Positions 1-6,357 of a stretch of 33,458 nucleotides of DNA are shown piece after piece; position 1 is the stretch's first letter; every line of letters starts with the position of its first letter. A program made the position numbers and the translations under genes. This DNA is from a virus (Duplodnaviria; Caudoviricetes). The notes beneath the pieces were generated by a model. That model did not search any database. It worked only from the letters and a program-made list of their open reading frames with translations, and was not told the DNA's origin. The DNA lies in the IMG/VR virus record IMGVR_UViG_3300017978_000269, positions 1 to 33,458 of that record; one strand, given 5' to 3'.

Positions 1-82
1 TGGTGTTGGTGTTGGTGTTGGTGTTGGTGTTGGTGTTGGTGTTGGTGTTGGTGTTGGTGTTGGTGTTGGTGTTGGTGTTGGT
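1..82. repeat. (TGGTGT)13+TGGT microsatellite, left copy of an 82-bp direct terminal repeat
   Basis: Perfect hexamer array at 1-82, identical in length and phase to 33377-33458. Reads CCA ACA (Pro-Thr) on the minus strand. Confidence 0.97.
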
Positions 83-480
83 AGCTTAACGTCCGTTGAG
101 CGTTCGTTGAACGTCCGTTCATTGTTCGTTGTGCTTTCGTTGTGCGGTTGTTGTGCCTTCGCTTTTCGGGCGTTGACCGAGGCGTGTGCAGATGCGCGAG
201 CCTTCGCTTGCTTGTCTTGCATTCTCAAGATTTCTTCATCGCAACGAACGTGTCGCCAGCCTTCGGGCGTTTGCTCAAAAAACTCATTCAGCACGTCACG
301 AATCGTGGCGGCATGGTCACGCAAACGAATGAGCCGTGCAATCTCGGTCACGTCTGCTGGCAGTTGGCCTTCGCGCAGGTAGTACGCATCCAACATTCGG
401 CGGTAGGCCAAATCCTCCATCGGGTCGAGGTGGCCCGTGTGACTGGCGTAGTCGCCAAGGTGAAACGGGTAATAGTTCAT
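1..480 (-). CDS. Replication initiator, DUF1376/YdaU family, N-terminal part (continues across the window junction into 33458..32978)
   Basis: Hand translation from ATG 480: MNYYPFHLGDYASHTGHLDPMEDLAYRRMLDAYYLREGQLP...FFEQTPEGWRHVRCDEEI...DVKLPTPTP. Open to position 1 with no stop, so it is absent from the ORF track. Lies downstream of a Cro-like gene. Confidence 0.88.
   Translation of the reverse strand, partial: MNYYPFHLGDYASHTGHLDPMEDLAYRRMLDAYYLREGQLPADVTEIARLIRLRDHAATIRDVLNEFFEQTPEGWRHVRCDEEILRMQDKQAKARASAHASVNARKAKAQQPHNESTTNNERTFNERSTDVKLPTPTPTPTPTPTPTPTPTPTPTPTPTP
88..164. repeat. Seven degenerate 11-bp tandem repeats, candidate replication-origin iterons
   Basis: AACGTCCGTTG/AGCGTTCGTTG/AACGTCCGTTC/ATTGTTCGTTG/TGCTTTCGTTG/TGCGGTTGTTG/TGCCTTCGCTT. 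The period is not a multiple of 3 and the array lies inside the initiator gene, as in lambdoid origins. Confidence 0.65.
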
Positions 481-597
481 TGAACCCCCAGAAAAAGAAA
501 ACCCCAGACACCCCGTGGGTTCAGCACGGAATATCTGGGGTCAGCCATTGACGGCTTATGAGTATCTGGCCCTGAACCGACCAACGCATAAACCGTC
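481..597 (-). promoter_or_regulatory. Structured RNA leader of the replication gene: two hairpins with complementary 7-nt loops, the second terminator-like
   Basis: Hairpin 597-550 has loop GGUUCAG. Hairpin 541-501 (17-bp stem with G-U pairs) has loop CUGAACC and is followed by UUUCUUUUU. GGUUCA recurs at 486-481, abutting the AUG. Confidence 0.75.
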
Positions 598-617
598 TCG
601 TTGAAATTATAACTCCA

Positions 618-821
618 TCAGACGGGTGGGTAAAGGTCTGGCCGCAACAACGACCTCGACACGCCCGTGGCCTTTTCGATGGGCAGCACGAACTTGGCCG
701 GGATGTTGGCCCGTGCCTTCCACATAGATATCTGCCCCGTGTTGCAGCCGATCAACAGCCCGAGCTTCCTCATGCTCCCGGCGGTCTTGATGGCCCGGTG
801 TAGTGCTTTCATTTGTTCCAT
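618..821 (-). CDS. Cro-like / YdaS-family HTH regulator
   Basis: MEQMKALHRAIKTAGSMRKLGLLIGCNTGQISMWK...IPAKFVLPIEKATGVSRSLLRPDLY; HTH plus the typical LRPD C-terminal motif. Confidence 0.85.
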   Translation of the reverse strand: MEQMKALHRAIKTAGSMRKLGLLIGCNTGQISMWKARANIPAKFVLPIEKATGVSRSLLRPDLYPPV

Positions 822-858
822 GCCGCGCATCATAACGTATCGTGCAAAAAAGACACAA
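822..858 (-). promoter_or_regulatory. Putative sigma70 promoter, probably giving a leaderless cro-like mRNA
   Basis: TTGTGT-18 nt-TATGAT-7 nt-ATG(821); no Shine-Dalgarno. Confidence 0.5.
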
Positions 859-881
859 CCCACCCACGAAAAAATTATTTT

Positions 882-910
882 TTGTTTATTTTAAATTTTG
901 TGTTTATAAT
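882..910 (+). promoter_or_regulatory. Early promoter 1
   Basis: TTGTTT-17 nt-TATAAT in the AT-rich divergent gap; TTTTGTGTTTATAAT is shared with 4101-4115. Confidence 0.65.
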
Positions 911-955
911 GCTCACACGGCGGTCATGGGGACTGCCGGTCAACTGGAGAACACG

Positions 956-1525
956 ATGGAACACAACATGGCAAAAATCGCCGCCGCGCTCGTCAAAGCT
1001 CAACGTGAGTTTGGCCCCGCGCTTAAGACCTCAAGCAACCCGCATTTCAAGTCGCGTTATGCCGACCTCGCCGCTTGCGTTGAAGCCGTGATGGACGGCC
1101 TGAACAACAACGGCATCGCGCTGATTCAAAAAACTCACCAATGCGAATCTGGCGTTATGGTGGAAACGATGTTTGTCCACGAATCGGGCGAGACGCTTTC
1201 CAGCGGTGTGCTGCACGTTCCCGCATCCAAGCAAGACCCGCAGGGCTATGGTTCGGCACTTACCTACGCACGGCGGTATTCATTGATGGCCGCTTGCGGT
1301 ATCGCGCCCGAAGATGACGATGGCAACGCCGCCAGCCGCAAACCAACTCAAGCGTTCAACCTGCAAGCCGCATCCACCGATGCCGCCGCCGCCAAGACGA
1401 TTGATGAGTTGGGCAAGGTTTGGTCTAAGCACAGCGCGATTGCCAGCGCCGCCAATGACCGCCAAGGTTATGCCGCGCTTAAAACGCTTATTAATGACCG
1501 CAAAGAAACATTGGAGGCAGCATGA
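956..1525 (+). CDS. erf: ERF-family ssDNA annealing protein
   Basis: NPHFKSRYADL and DPQGYGSALTYARRYSLMAACGIAPEDDDG motifs; GGAG RBS before ATG 956. Confidence 0.92.
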   Translation: MEHNMAKIAAALVKAQREFGPALKTSSNPHFKSRYADLAACVEAVMDGLNNNGIALIQKTHQCESGVMVETMFVHESGETLSSGVLHVPASKQDPQGYGSALTYARRYSLMAACGIAPEDDDGNAASRKPTQAFNLQAASTDAAAAKTIDELGKVWSKHSAIASAANDRQGYAALKTLINDRKETLEAA

Positions 1526-1773
1526 TTCTCAAATCTCAATCCATGCGCTTTGTCATGGCAACCATGATGGACGTTGACCACGAATGGCAAACCAACAAAT
1601 GGAAAGACAAAAACGACATGATTAACCCAGACGCGCCGATGGTTGTGCAAGTCGGCGACTACGGTTATGAGGTGCAGTCTTGCGGTGGTGATGGCGATAT
1701 TGAGGGTTTCGTCATTCAATGCAAAGACGAACCCGTCTGCAAGTGGGACGGATTGGAGTGCATCAAATTATGA
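1522..1773 (+). CDS. Hypothetical protein
   Basis: 83-aa ORF with ATGA overlap and GGAGG RBS. Confidence 0.7.
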   Translation: MILKSQSMRFVMATMMDVDHEWQTNKWKDKNDMINPDAPMVVQVGDYGYEVQSCGGDGDIEGFVIQCKDEPVCKWDGLECIKL

Positions 1774-1886
1774 CCGCACCCGTTTGGCCTTTCCCGCCGC
1801 CCGGTGGCCCCGTGCCTTGGACGCGCAAACAGATTCAGGAATACAACCAGCAGCAACGGGACAAATTGCCCCCTGCACCGTTTTAA
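1770..1886 (+). CDS. Small Pro/Trp-rich hypothetical protein (38 aa)
   Basis: Hand translation MTAPVWPFPPPGGPVPWTRKQIQEYNQQQRDKLPPAPF; ATGA overlap and fills the gap exactly. Confidence 0.65.
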   Translation: MTAPVWPFPPPGGPVPWTRKQIQEYNQQQRDKLPPAPF

Positions 1887-1897
1887 AGGACTGACGC

Positions 1898-2524
1898 ATG
1901 ACACAAATTATTCAAGGCACGCCCGAATGGTTTGCCCAACGTGTAGGCAAGGCCACGGCCAGCCGCATCGCTGACATTATTGCCAAGACCAAGACAGGCC
2001 CAAGCACCAGCCGCGCCAATTACCTCGCGCAGTTGGTGGCCGAGCGTTTGACGGGCAACCCGGCTGAATCGTTTTCCAATGCCGCCATGCAACACGGCAC
2101 GGAAACCGAACCGCTGGCACGTATGGCCTACGAGGTCGCCACGGGCCGCTTTGTCACCGAGGTGGACATGGTTCCTCACCCGCGCATTGAAATGTCGGGC
2201 GCAAGCCCTGACGGGTTGGTTGGCGATGATGGCTTGATCGAGATTAAGTGCCCCAACACGGCCACGCATATTGACACGCTGTTGACGCAAAAAGCCCCAA
2301 GCAAGTACGTGCCGCAGATGATGTGGCAAATGGCTTGCACGGGTCGTCAGTGGTGCGACTTTGTGAGCTTTGACCCACGGATGCCAGCCAATATGCAACT
2401 GTTCATCAAGCGCGTGGAGCGTGACGATGCGCTGATTGCCGAATATGAGGCCGAAGTGGAAAAGTTTTTGGCCGATGTGGACAAGACCGTTGCCAGCCTG
2501 AACGCTTTGGGGTTTGGCGAATGA
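1898..2524 (+). CDS. YqaJ / lambda-exonuclease-family 5'-3' exonuclease
   Basis: QGTPEWFAQR, AMQHGTETEP, GASPDGLV, IEIKCP and WCDFVSFDPR motifs. Confidence 0.93.
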   Translation: MTQIIQGTPEWFAQRVGKATASRIADIIAKTKTGPSTSRANYLAQLVAERLTGNPAESFSNAAMQHGTETEPLARMAYEVATGRFVTEVDMVPHPRIEMSGASPDGLVGDDGLIEIKCPNTATHIDTLLTQKAPSKYVPQMMWQMACTGRQWCDFVSFDPRMPANMQLFIKRVERDDALIAEYEAEVEKFLADVDKTVASLNALGFGE

Positions 2525-2808
2525 ACACGGGCGCACAACTCCGAGACCGTGGCATTGCGTTGGTCAGCGCAGGGAATGAGGACTGGGTTTACGAGGCCCG
2601 TTCCATTGCCATCGAGATCGCCACCGCTTACGGCACTGTGACCATCAACGATGTGCGCGAGCGCATCGAATTACCCGAGCATCTTAGCCCGAACCTTTGG
2701 GGCGCTGTCCTGCGTGGCAGCGACTTTGAGGCCGTGGGCTATACGCAAGCAACACACCCATCGGCTCATGCCCGTGTGGTGCGAATTTACAAACTGAAAG
2801 GAAACTGA
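2521..2808 (+). CDS. Hypothetical phage protein
   Basis: 95-aa ORF coupled by ATGA overlap. Confidence 0.75.
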   Translation: MNTGAQLRDRGIALVSAGNEDWVYEARSIAIEIATAYGTVTINDVRERIELPEHLSPNLWGAVLRGSDFEAVGYTQATHPSAHARVVRIYKLKGN

Positions 2809-2811
2809 GAA

Positions 2812-3231
2812 ATGAAAGCAAATGGATTGGCCCGTATCGGGCGCGATGTTGAAGTGCGCCACACACCCAACGGCGAGGCAGTCGCCAATTTGTCGCTGGC
2901 GTTCACGTATGGCAAACGTGGCGCAGACGGCAAACGCCCGACACAATGGGTTGAGGCCGCGCTGTGGGGCAAACGTGCTGAATCGCTTGCGCCGTATCTG
3001 GTCAAAGGCCAGCAGGTCGTGGCGTACCTTGAGGACGTGAGCATCCAAACCTTCCGCAAACAAGACGGCACGGACGGCGTAAAGTTGGCCGCACGGGTTA
3101 GCGACTTGGAATTGATTGCAGGACAGGCCGAAACCCAACAGCAAGCGCCAACACCACGCCAAGCCCCCGCACCACGTCCAGCAGCGCCAAGCGGCTTTGA
3201 CGACATGGACGATGGGGATATCCCCTTTTAG
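2812..3231 (+). CDS. ssb: Single-stranded DNA-binding protein
   Basis: OB-fold motifs (EVRHTPNGEAVANLSLA, YLVKGQQV) and acidic DDGDIPF tail. Confidence 0.93.
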   Translation: MKANGLARIGRDVEVRHTPNGEAVANLSLAFTYGKRGADGKRPTQWVEAALWGKRAESLAPYLVKGQQVVAYLEDVSIQTFRKQDGTDGVKLAARVSDLELIAGQAETQQQAPTPRQAPAPRPAAPSGFDDMDDGDIPF

Positions 3232-3270
3232 TAGTTTGATGATATGATGTAATTTTTCAAAGGAAAGATT

Positions 3271-3816
3271 ATGTCCATCGAATCAGATGCTTATGCAAAA
3301 CACAAAAACCTCAAATTGGCCGCAAGCGAAATTGGGGTTCCGTGGCAGACCTTGTATTGCAGACTGAAAGCGCAAGGCGTTGCCATAACTGGTGACAAAT
3401 TGCGCTACGGCTCAGACAGGGACAGGCTCGGCGCATATGGAGAGCAACTTTTTGCAACCATTGTTCCACTTGCGAAAAATGCAAACCAAAGCAAATTTCA
3501 AAGCAAGGTTGATTTTGATGTAAACGGATTCAAAGTTGATGTTAAGGCCAGCCTTCCAAGGCAGTTGAACAAAAGGTTTCCGGCATTGTCGTGGTCTTTT
3601 TCTTTCAAAAAACAAGCCTTACACGCCGACTTCATTGTTTGTTTTTGTCTTGATGAACAAAAAGAAATTGAGCACATTTTGCTTGTGCCAAAAGAATTTT
3701 TTGTCGGGCTTCAAACAGTATCTGTTTCAAGAAAAGGTTGCAGCAAGTGGCTGGATTATGAGATCGCCAAAAATGAACTTTCAAATTTCTTTTCATCTAT
3801 GAAGGACATGACATGA
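3271..3816 (+). CDS. HTH plus putative PD-(D/E)xK nuclease
   Basis: N-terminal HTH (LKLAASEIGVPWQTLYCRLK), then GEQLF...DFDVNGFKVDVKAS. Visibly AT-richer than its neighbours, with an extended -10 (TGATATGAT, 3240-3248) upstream. Confidence 0.6.
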   Translation: MSIESDAYAKHKNLKLAASEIGVPWQTLYCRLKAQGVAITGDKLRYGSDRDRLGAYGEQLFATIVPLAKNANQSKFQSKVDFDVNGFKVDVKASLPRQLNKRFPALSWSFSFKKQALHADFIVCFCLDEQKEIEHILLVPKEFFVGLQTVSVSRKGCSKWLDYEIAKNELSNFFSSMKDMT

Positions 3817-3965
3817 CAAAAGAAACCAAAAAACCCGCAACCCACACCTTTGTCACTATTCGGATGCCCAAGGAGCTTGTCGCCAAGATTGACGCGTTGG
3901 CCGTTGAAGCCATGCGCTCGCGCTCGGGGCAAATCCAGCACATCCTGAAACAGGCATTGGGTTAA
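3813..3965 (+). CDS. Arc/ribbon-helix-helix DNA-binding protein (50 aa)
   Basis: Hand translation MTKETKKPATHTFVTIRMPKELVAKIDALAVEAMRSRSGQIQHILKQALG matches the RHH pattern. Confidence 0.8.
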   Translation: MTKETKKPATHTFVTIRMPKELVAKIDALAVEAMRSRSGQIQHILKQALG

Positions 3966-4014
3966 ACTCCAGCCGTCTCCAGTGACAAGCGCAGTTGCCA
4001 AAACGCCTTGTCTT

Positions 4015-4043
4015 AGCCTCGCCATCGTGCGGGGCTTTTTTTT
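4015..4043 (+). terminator. Rho-independent terminator
   Basis: AGCCTCGC-CATCGT-GCGGGGCT followed by a T run. Confidence 0.85.
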
Positions 4044-4085
4044 GTATCAAAAAAGCGACAAGTTGCGGAAAAGCAACGTCACCTC

Positions 4086-4130
4086 TTGGTGGTTGTGTTT
4101 TTTTGTGTTTATAATAAACACATCAACAAC
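4086..4130 (+). promoter_or_regulatory. Early promoter 2
   Basis: TTTTGTGTTTATAAT followed by AAACACATCAACAAC, just after the terminator. Confidence 0.65.
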
Positions 4131-4147
4131 GCAAACAGGAGAAACCC

Positions 4148-4480
4148 ATGAAATTCAACAAACACCACGTCACCAACGGCACGATCAAAGCCCGTGTGTC
4201 GTATCACCTCGACAACCGCATTGATGGCCGCCAATGCGTCACGCTGTACGCCAAGGACTATGACCGCAACTTGGGCGAGCTTTTCCCCGAGCAGTACGTG
4301 AACAACTCGGACGCAATGACCGATTATTTCGAGAAAGGCCGTGTTGTGCTTTTCCCCGACCACCCGTTTTATGCCCATGCCCGTCACCGCGCCATGATTA
4401 ACGATGCCGACCAGCGCATCAAGTCCGAGCAACGCCGCGCCAAATGGGTGTTGCCTTCCACGCAAATTGTCGCGCTTTAA
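4148..4480 (+). CDS. Hypothetical protein
   Basis: 110-aa ORF with AGGAG RBS. Confidence 0.8.
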   Translation: MKFNKHHVTNGTIKARVSYHLDNRIDGRQCVTLYAKDYDRNLGELFPEQYVNNSDAMTDYFEKGRVVLFPDHPFYAHARHRAMINDADQRIKSEQRRAKWVLPSTQIVAL

Positions 4481-4497
4481 TTTGCCCCAACTTCTAA

Positions 4498-4538
4498 TTT
4501 TTTGTTTATAATTAACACGTCAACAACTGGAGAACACA
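4498..4538 (+). promoter_or_regulatory. Early promoter 3 and RBS
   Basis: TTTTTGTTTATAAT-TAACACGTCAACAAC-TGGAGAACAC; shares blocks with promoters 1 and 2. Confidence 0.6.
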
Positions 4539-4631
4539 ATGCAAAAACTGACCGACCTCATCACCGCCACCGCCATCGGCCTTGCGCTTGCGGCTTTGGC
4601 CCTTGCTTACTTTGACGTTTTGACCAAGTGA
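4539..4631 (+). CDS. Small membrane peptide (30 aa)
   Basis: MQKLTDLITATAIGLALAALALAYFDVLTK with strong GGAG RBS. Confidence 0.7.
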   Translation: MQKLTDLITATAIGLALAALALAYFDVLTK

Positions 4632-4639
4632 GGCACACA

Positions 4640-4825
4640 ATGACCAACACCAGCATCCACAAAGTCGTATCCGTTGAACTTGGCGAGCGCTACTACCACG
4701 GCGGCAGTTCTGCCCCGTTTTGGAGCCGCGAAATCATCGTTAAAGACGAAAACGGCAACACGCATACGCTGGCATTGTTTGCCAACGGCGAAGAAGATTC
4801 AGACGCATTAAAGGTGGCAGCATGA
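4640..4825 (+). CDS. Hypothetical protein
   Basis: MTNTSIHKVV... with GAGG RBS. Confidence 0.7.
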   Translation: MTNTSIHKVVSVELGERYYHGGSSAPFWSREIIVKDENGNTHTLALFANGEEDSDALKVAA

Positions 4826-4941
4826 CCGAGCAACCACAACCAACACAAGAAGAAATCAACGAGCGCATCCGCGCCAAGATTTGGGACGAATACGACAGGG
4901 GATGGGATAGTTTTGACGATAGCGATGAGGAGGACGAGTGA
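4822..4941 (+). CDS. Small acidic protein (39 aa)
   Basis: MTEQPQPTQEEINERIRAKIWDEYDRGWDSFDDSDEEDE; overlaps both neighbours at start and stop. Confidence 0.6.
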   Translation: MTEQPQPTQEEINERIRAKIWDEYDRGWDSFDDSDEEDE

Positions 4942-5165
4942 TGGACAGCATGGAACATTTCGAGCAGCTTTATGGCGAACTCAACCTCGCGCCAAACGAT
5001 GCGGCCAAATGGGTGTTTGCCAGCGGTTGGAATTCAGCCTTGACGGAGCTTTTGCGTCAGGTTGGAGGCTTACCCTTGGACAAAGAAACCCGCGCTTGCA
5101 TGGCCGTCCAAATAGGCCAAATGATGCACATCAACCCCGCCGACATTCAAAGGACTATGCAATGA
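4941..5165 (+). CDS. Hypothetical protein
   Basis: MDSMEHFEQLYGEL... with GAGGAGG RBS. Confidence 0.7.
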   Translation: MDSMEHFEQLYGELNLAPNDAAKWVFASGWNSALTELLRQVGGLPLDKETRACMAVQIGQMMHINPADIQRTMQ

Positions 5166-5341
5166 AACGATACGACCCAATCACTTACCGCCATCCACGC
5201 ACAACCGAAGAGGCATTTGGGTTCAGCCCGTTTGCCATCGAGCGGCCACGTTATCACCCGCTGATGCGGTTCTGGGGTGAGATTGTTTTGGCTGTTGCCA
5301 TTGTTGCCGTGGTGGTTTTGATTCTGCGAGGTGCGGCATGA
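5162..5341 (+). CDS. Small protein with C-terminal TM helix
   Basis: MKRYDPITYRHPRTTEEAFG...IVLAVAIVAVVVLIL; ATGA overlaps. Confidence 0.7.
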   Translation: MKRYDPITYRHPRTTEEAFGFSPFAIERPRYHPLMRFWGEIVLAVAIVAVVVLILRGAA

Positions 5342-5637
5342 AATATAAACACACACCGGGGCCGTGGCAAATGAGGGCTGCAATTAAGCCAGATGAATTT
5401 GACATACGGGACGAAAATTCATCTGGTGGATATGCGCCAATCGCAAAGGTTAAAGGCGACAAACGGTCAACAATTGAGCAGGCTGCTGCAAACGCTAGGC
5501 TGATTGCCGCTGCGCCCGAGTTGCTAGACGCGCTTATGACGTTTCCGCAATCAATTGCTTGGACAGACCAAGAATTATGGGATTGGAGCGCAAAAGCGCT
5601 TGCCGCTATCGAAAAAGCAACAGGAGAACAGACATGA
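5338..5637 (+). CDS. Conserved phage hypothetical protein (HTPGPW...ANARLIAAAPELL type)
   Basis: Both characteristic motifs are present. Confidence 0.8.
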   Translation: MKYKHTPGPWQMRAAIKPDEFDIRDENSSGGYAPIAKVKGDKRSTIEQAAANARLIAAAPELLDALMTFPQSIAWTDQELWDWSAKALAAIEKATGEQT

Positions 5638-5840
5638 ACAAGCTCTGGATTCTGGCAACCGTGGCACTGGCCGGGGTGCTGCACGTCATCACCGTTGAGA
5701 ACGCCTACGACCAAGGGTATGAGGACGCTGAGAGGGCGCTTGGCACAACGGCAGAGCAATGTTTTCGCTGGTGTTTTGGCGATAACGACAAGCGCTTTGA
5801 CCATGAACTCAAACAATTTTGCAAAAAGGCACAACCATGA
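5634..5840 (+). CDS. Hypothetical protein with N-terminal hydrophobic segment
   Basis: MNKLWILATVALAGVLHV... with AGGAG RBS. Confidence 0.7.
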   Translation: MNKLWILATVALAGVLHVITVENAYDQGYEDAERALGTTAEQCFRWCFGDNDKRFDHELKQFCKKAQP

Positions 5841-6160
5841 AACACATCATCACGGCACTGGCCCTTGTTGCCAGCACAACGGCATCGGCTCAGTTTTTTA
5901 ACGGCAATGATTTGTTTAACCACATGACTGACGAAGCTCCGATAAAGCGGATGCTGGCAATGGGCTATATCGCTGGTACTTCTGATTTCTCTCAGGGCGA
6001 CTTCCATTGCACACCAGCATCGGTGTCGCTTGGTCAAACAAACGACGTGGTTATGCAGTATTTGAGACAAGACCCCGTGAACCGCCACCGTGACGCATCG
6101 GTTCTGGTTGTGGTCGCACTTGCAAAAGCATGGCCCTGCGCCAAGAAAGGCAACCTGTGA
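5837..6160 (+). CDS. Rap1a/Tai-like periplasmic immunity-family protein
   Basis: Signal peptide followed by NGNDL, GYIAG, C-x-P, VVMQYL..P..RH..A..LV..AL..AWPC pattern. Confidence 0.8.
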   Translation: MKHIITALALVASTTASAQFFNGNDLFNHMTDEAPIKRMLAMGYIAGTSDFSQGDFHCTPASVSLGQTNDVVMQYLRQDPVNRHRDASVLVVVALAKAWPCAKKGNL

Positions 6161-6357
6161 ACCGCCAACAAATCGAAGAACACCTCGGCATCGCCAAGCC
6201 AGCCAAGGTGCGGCAGAGCTACCCCATGATTAACCAAGAAACACCCTCGCACTGGCGCAAGACCTTGAAGCTGTGGGCCATCGTGGTGCTGATTTACATC
6301 GGGCTGTCTTTGGTCGGCGGCATGGTTGCTGGAATCATTGAAAGGGTTTGGCTATGA
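6157..6357 (+). CDS. Small membrane protein
   Basis: GTG start with GTGA overlap; C-terminal TM segment. Confidence 0.65.
   Translation: MNRQQIEEHLGIAKPAKVRQSYPMINQETPSHWRKTLKLWAIVVLIYIGLSLVGGMVAGIIERVWL

Noticed and set aside
1-82. Terminal TG-rich repeats as telomeres or a CRISPR array
   Set aside because: The two copies are direct rather than inverted, have no spacers, and are in-frame coding sequence of one gene.
842-955. Longer N-terminus for ERF given by the ORF track
   Set aside because: It runs through the AT-rich promoter region; the RBS supports ATG 956.
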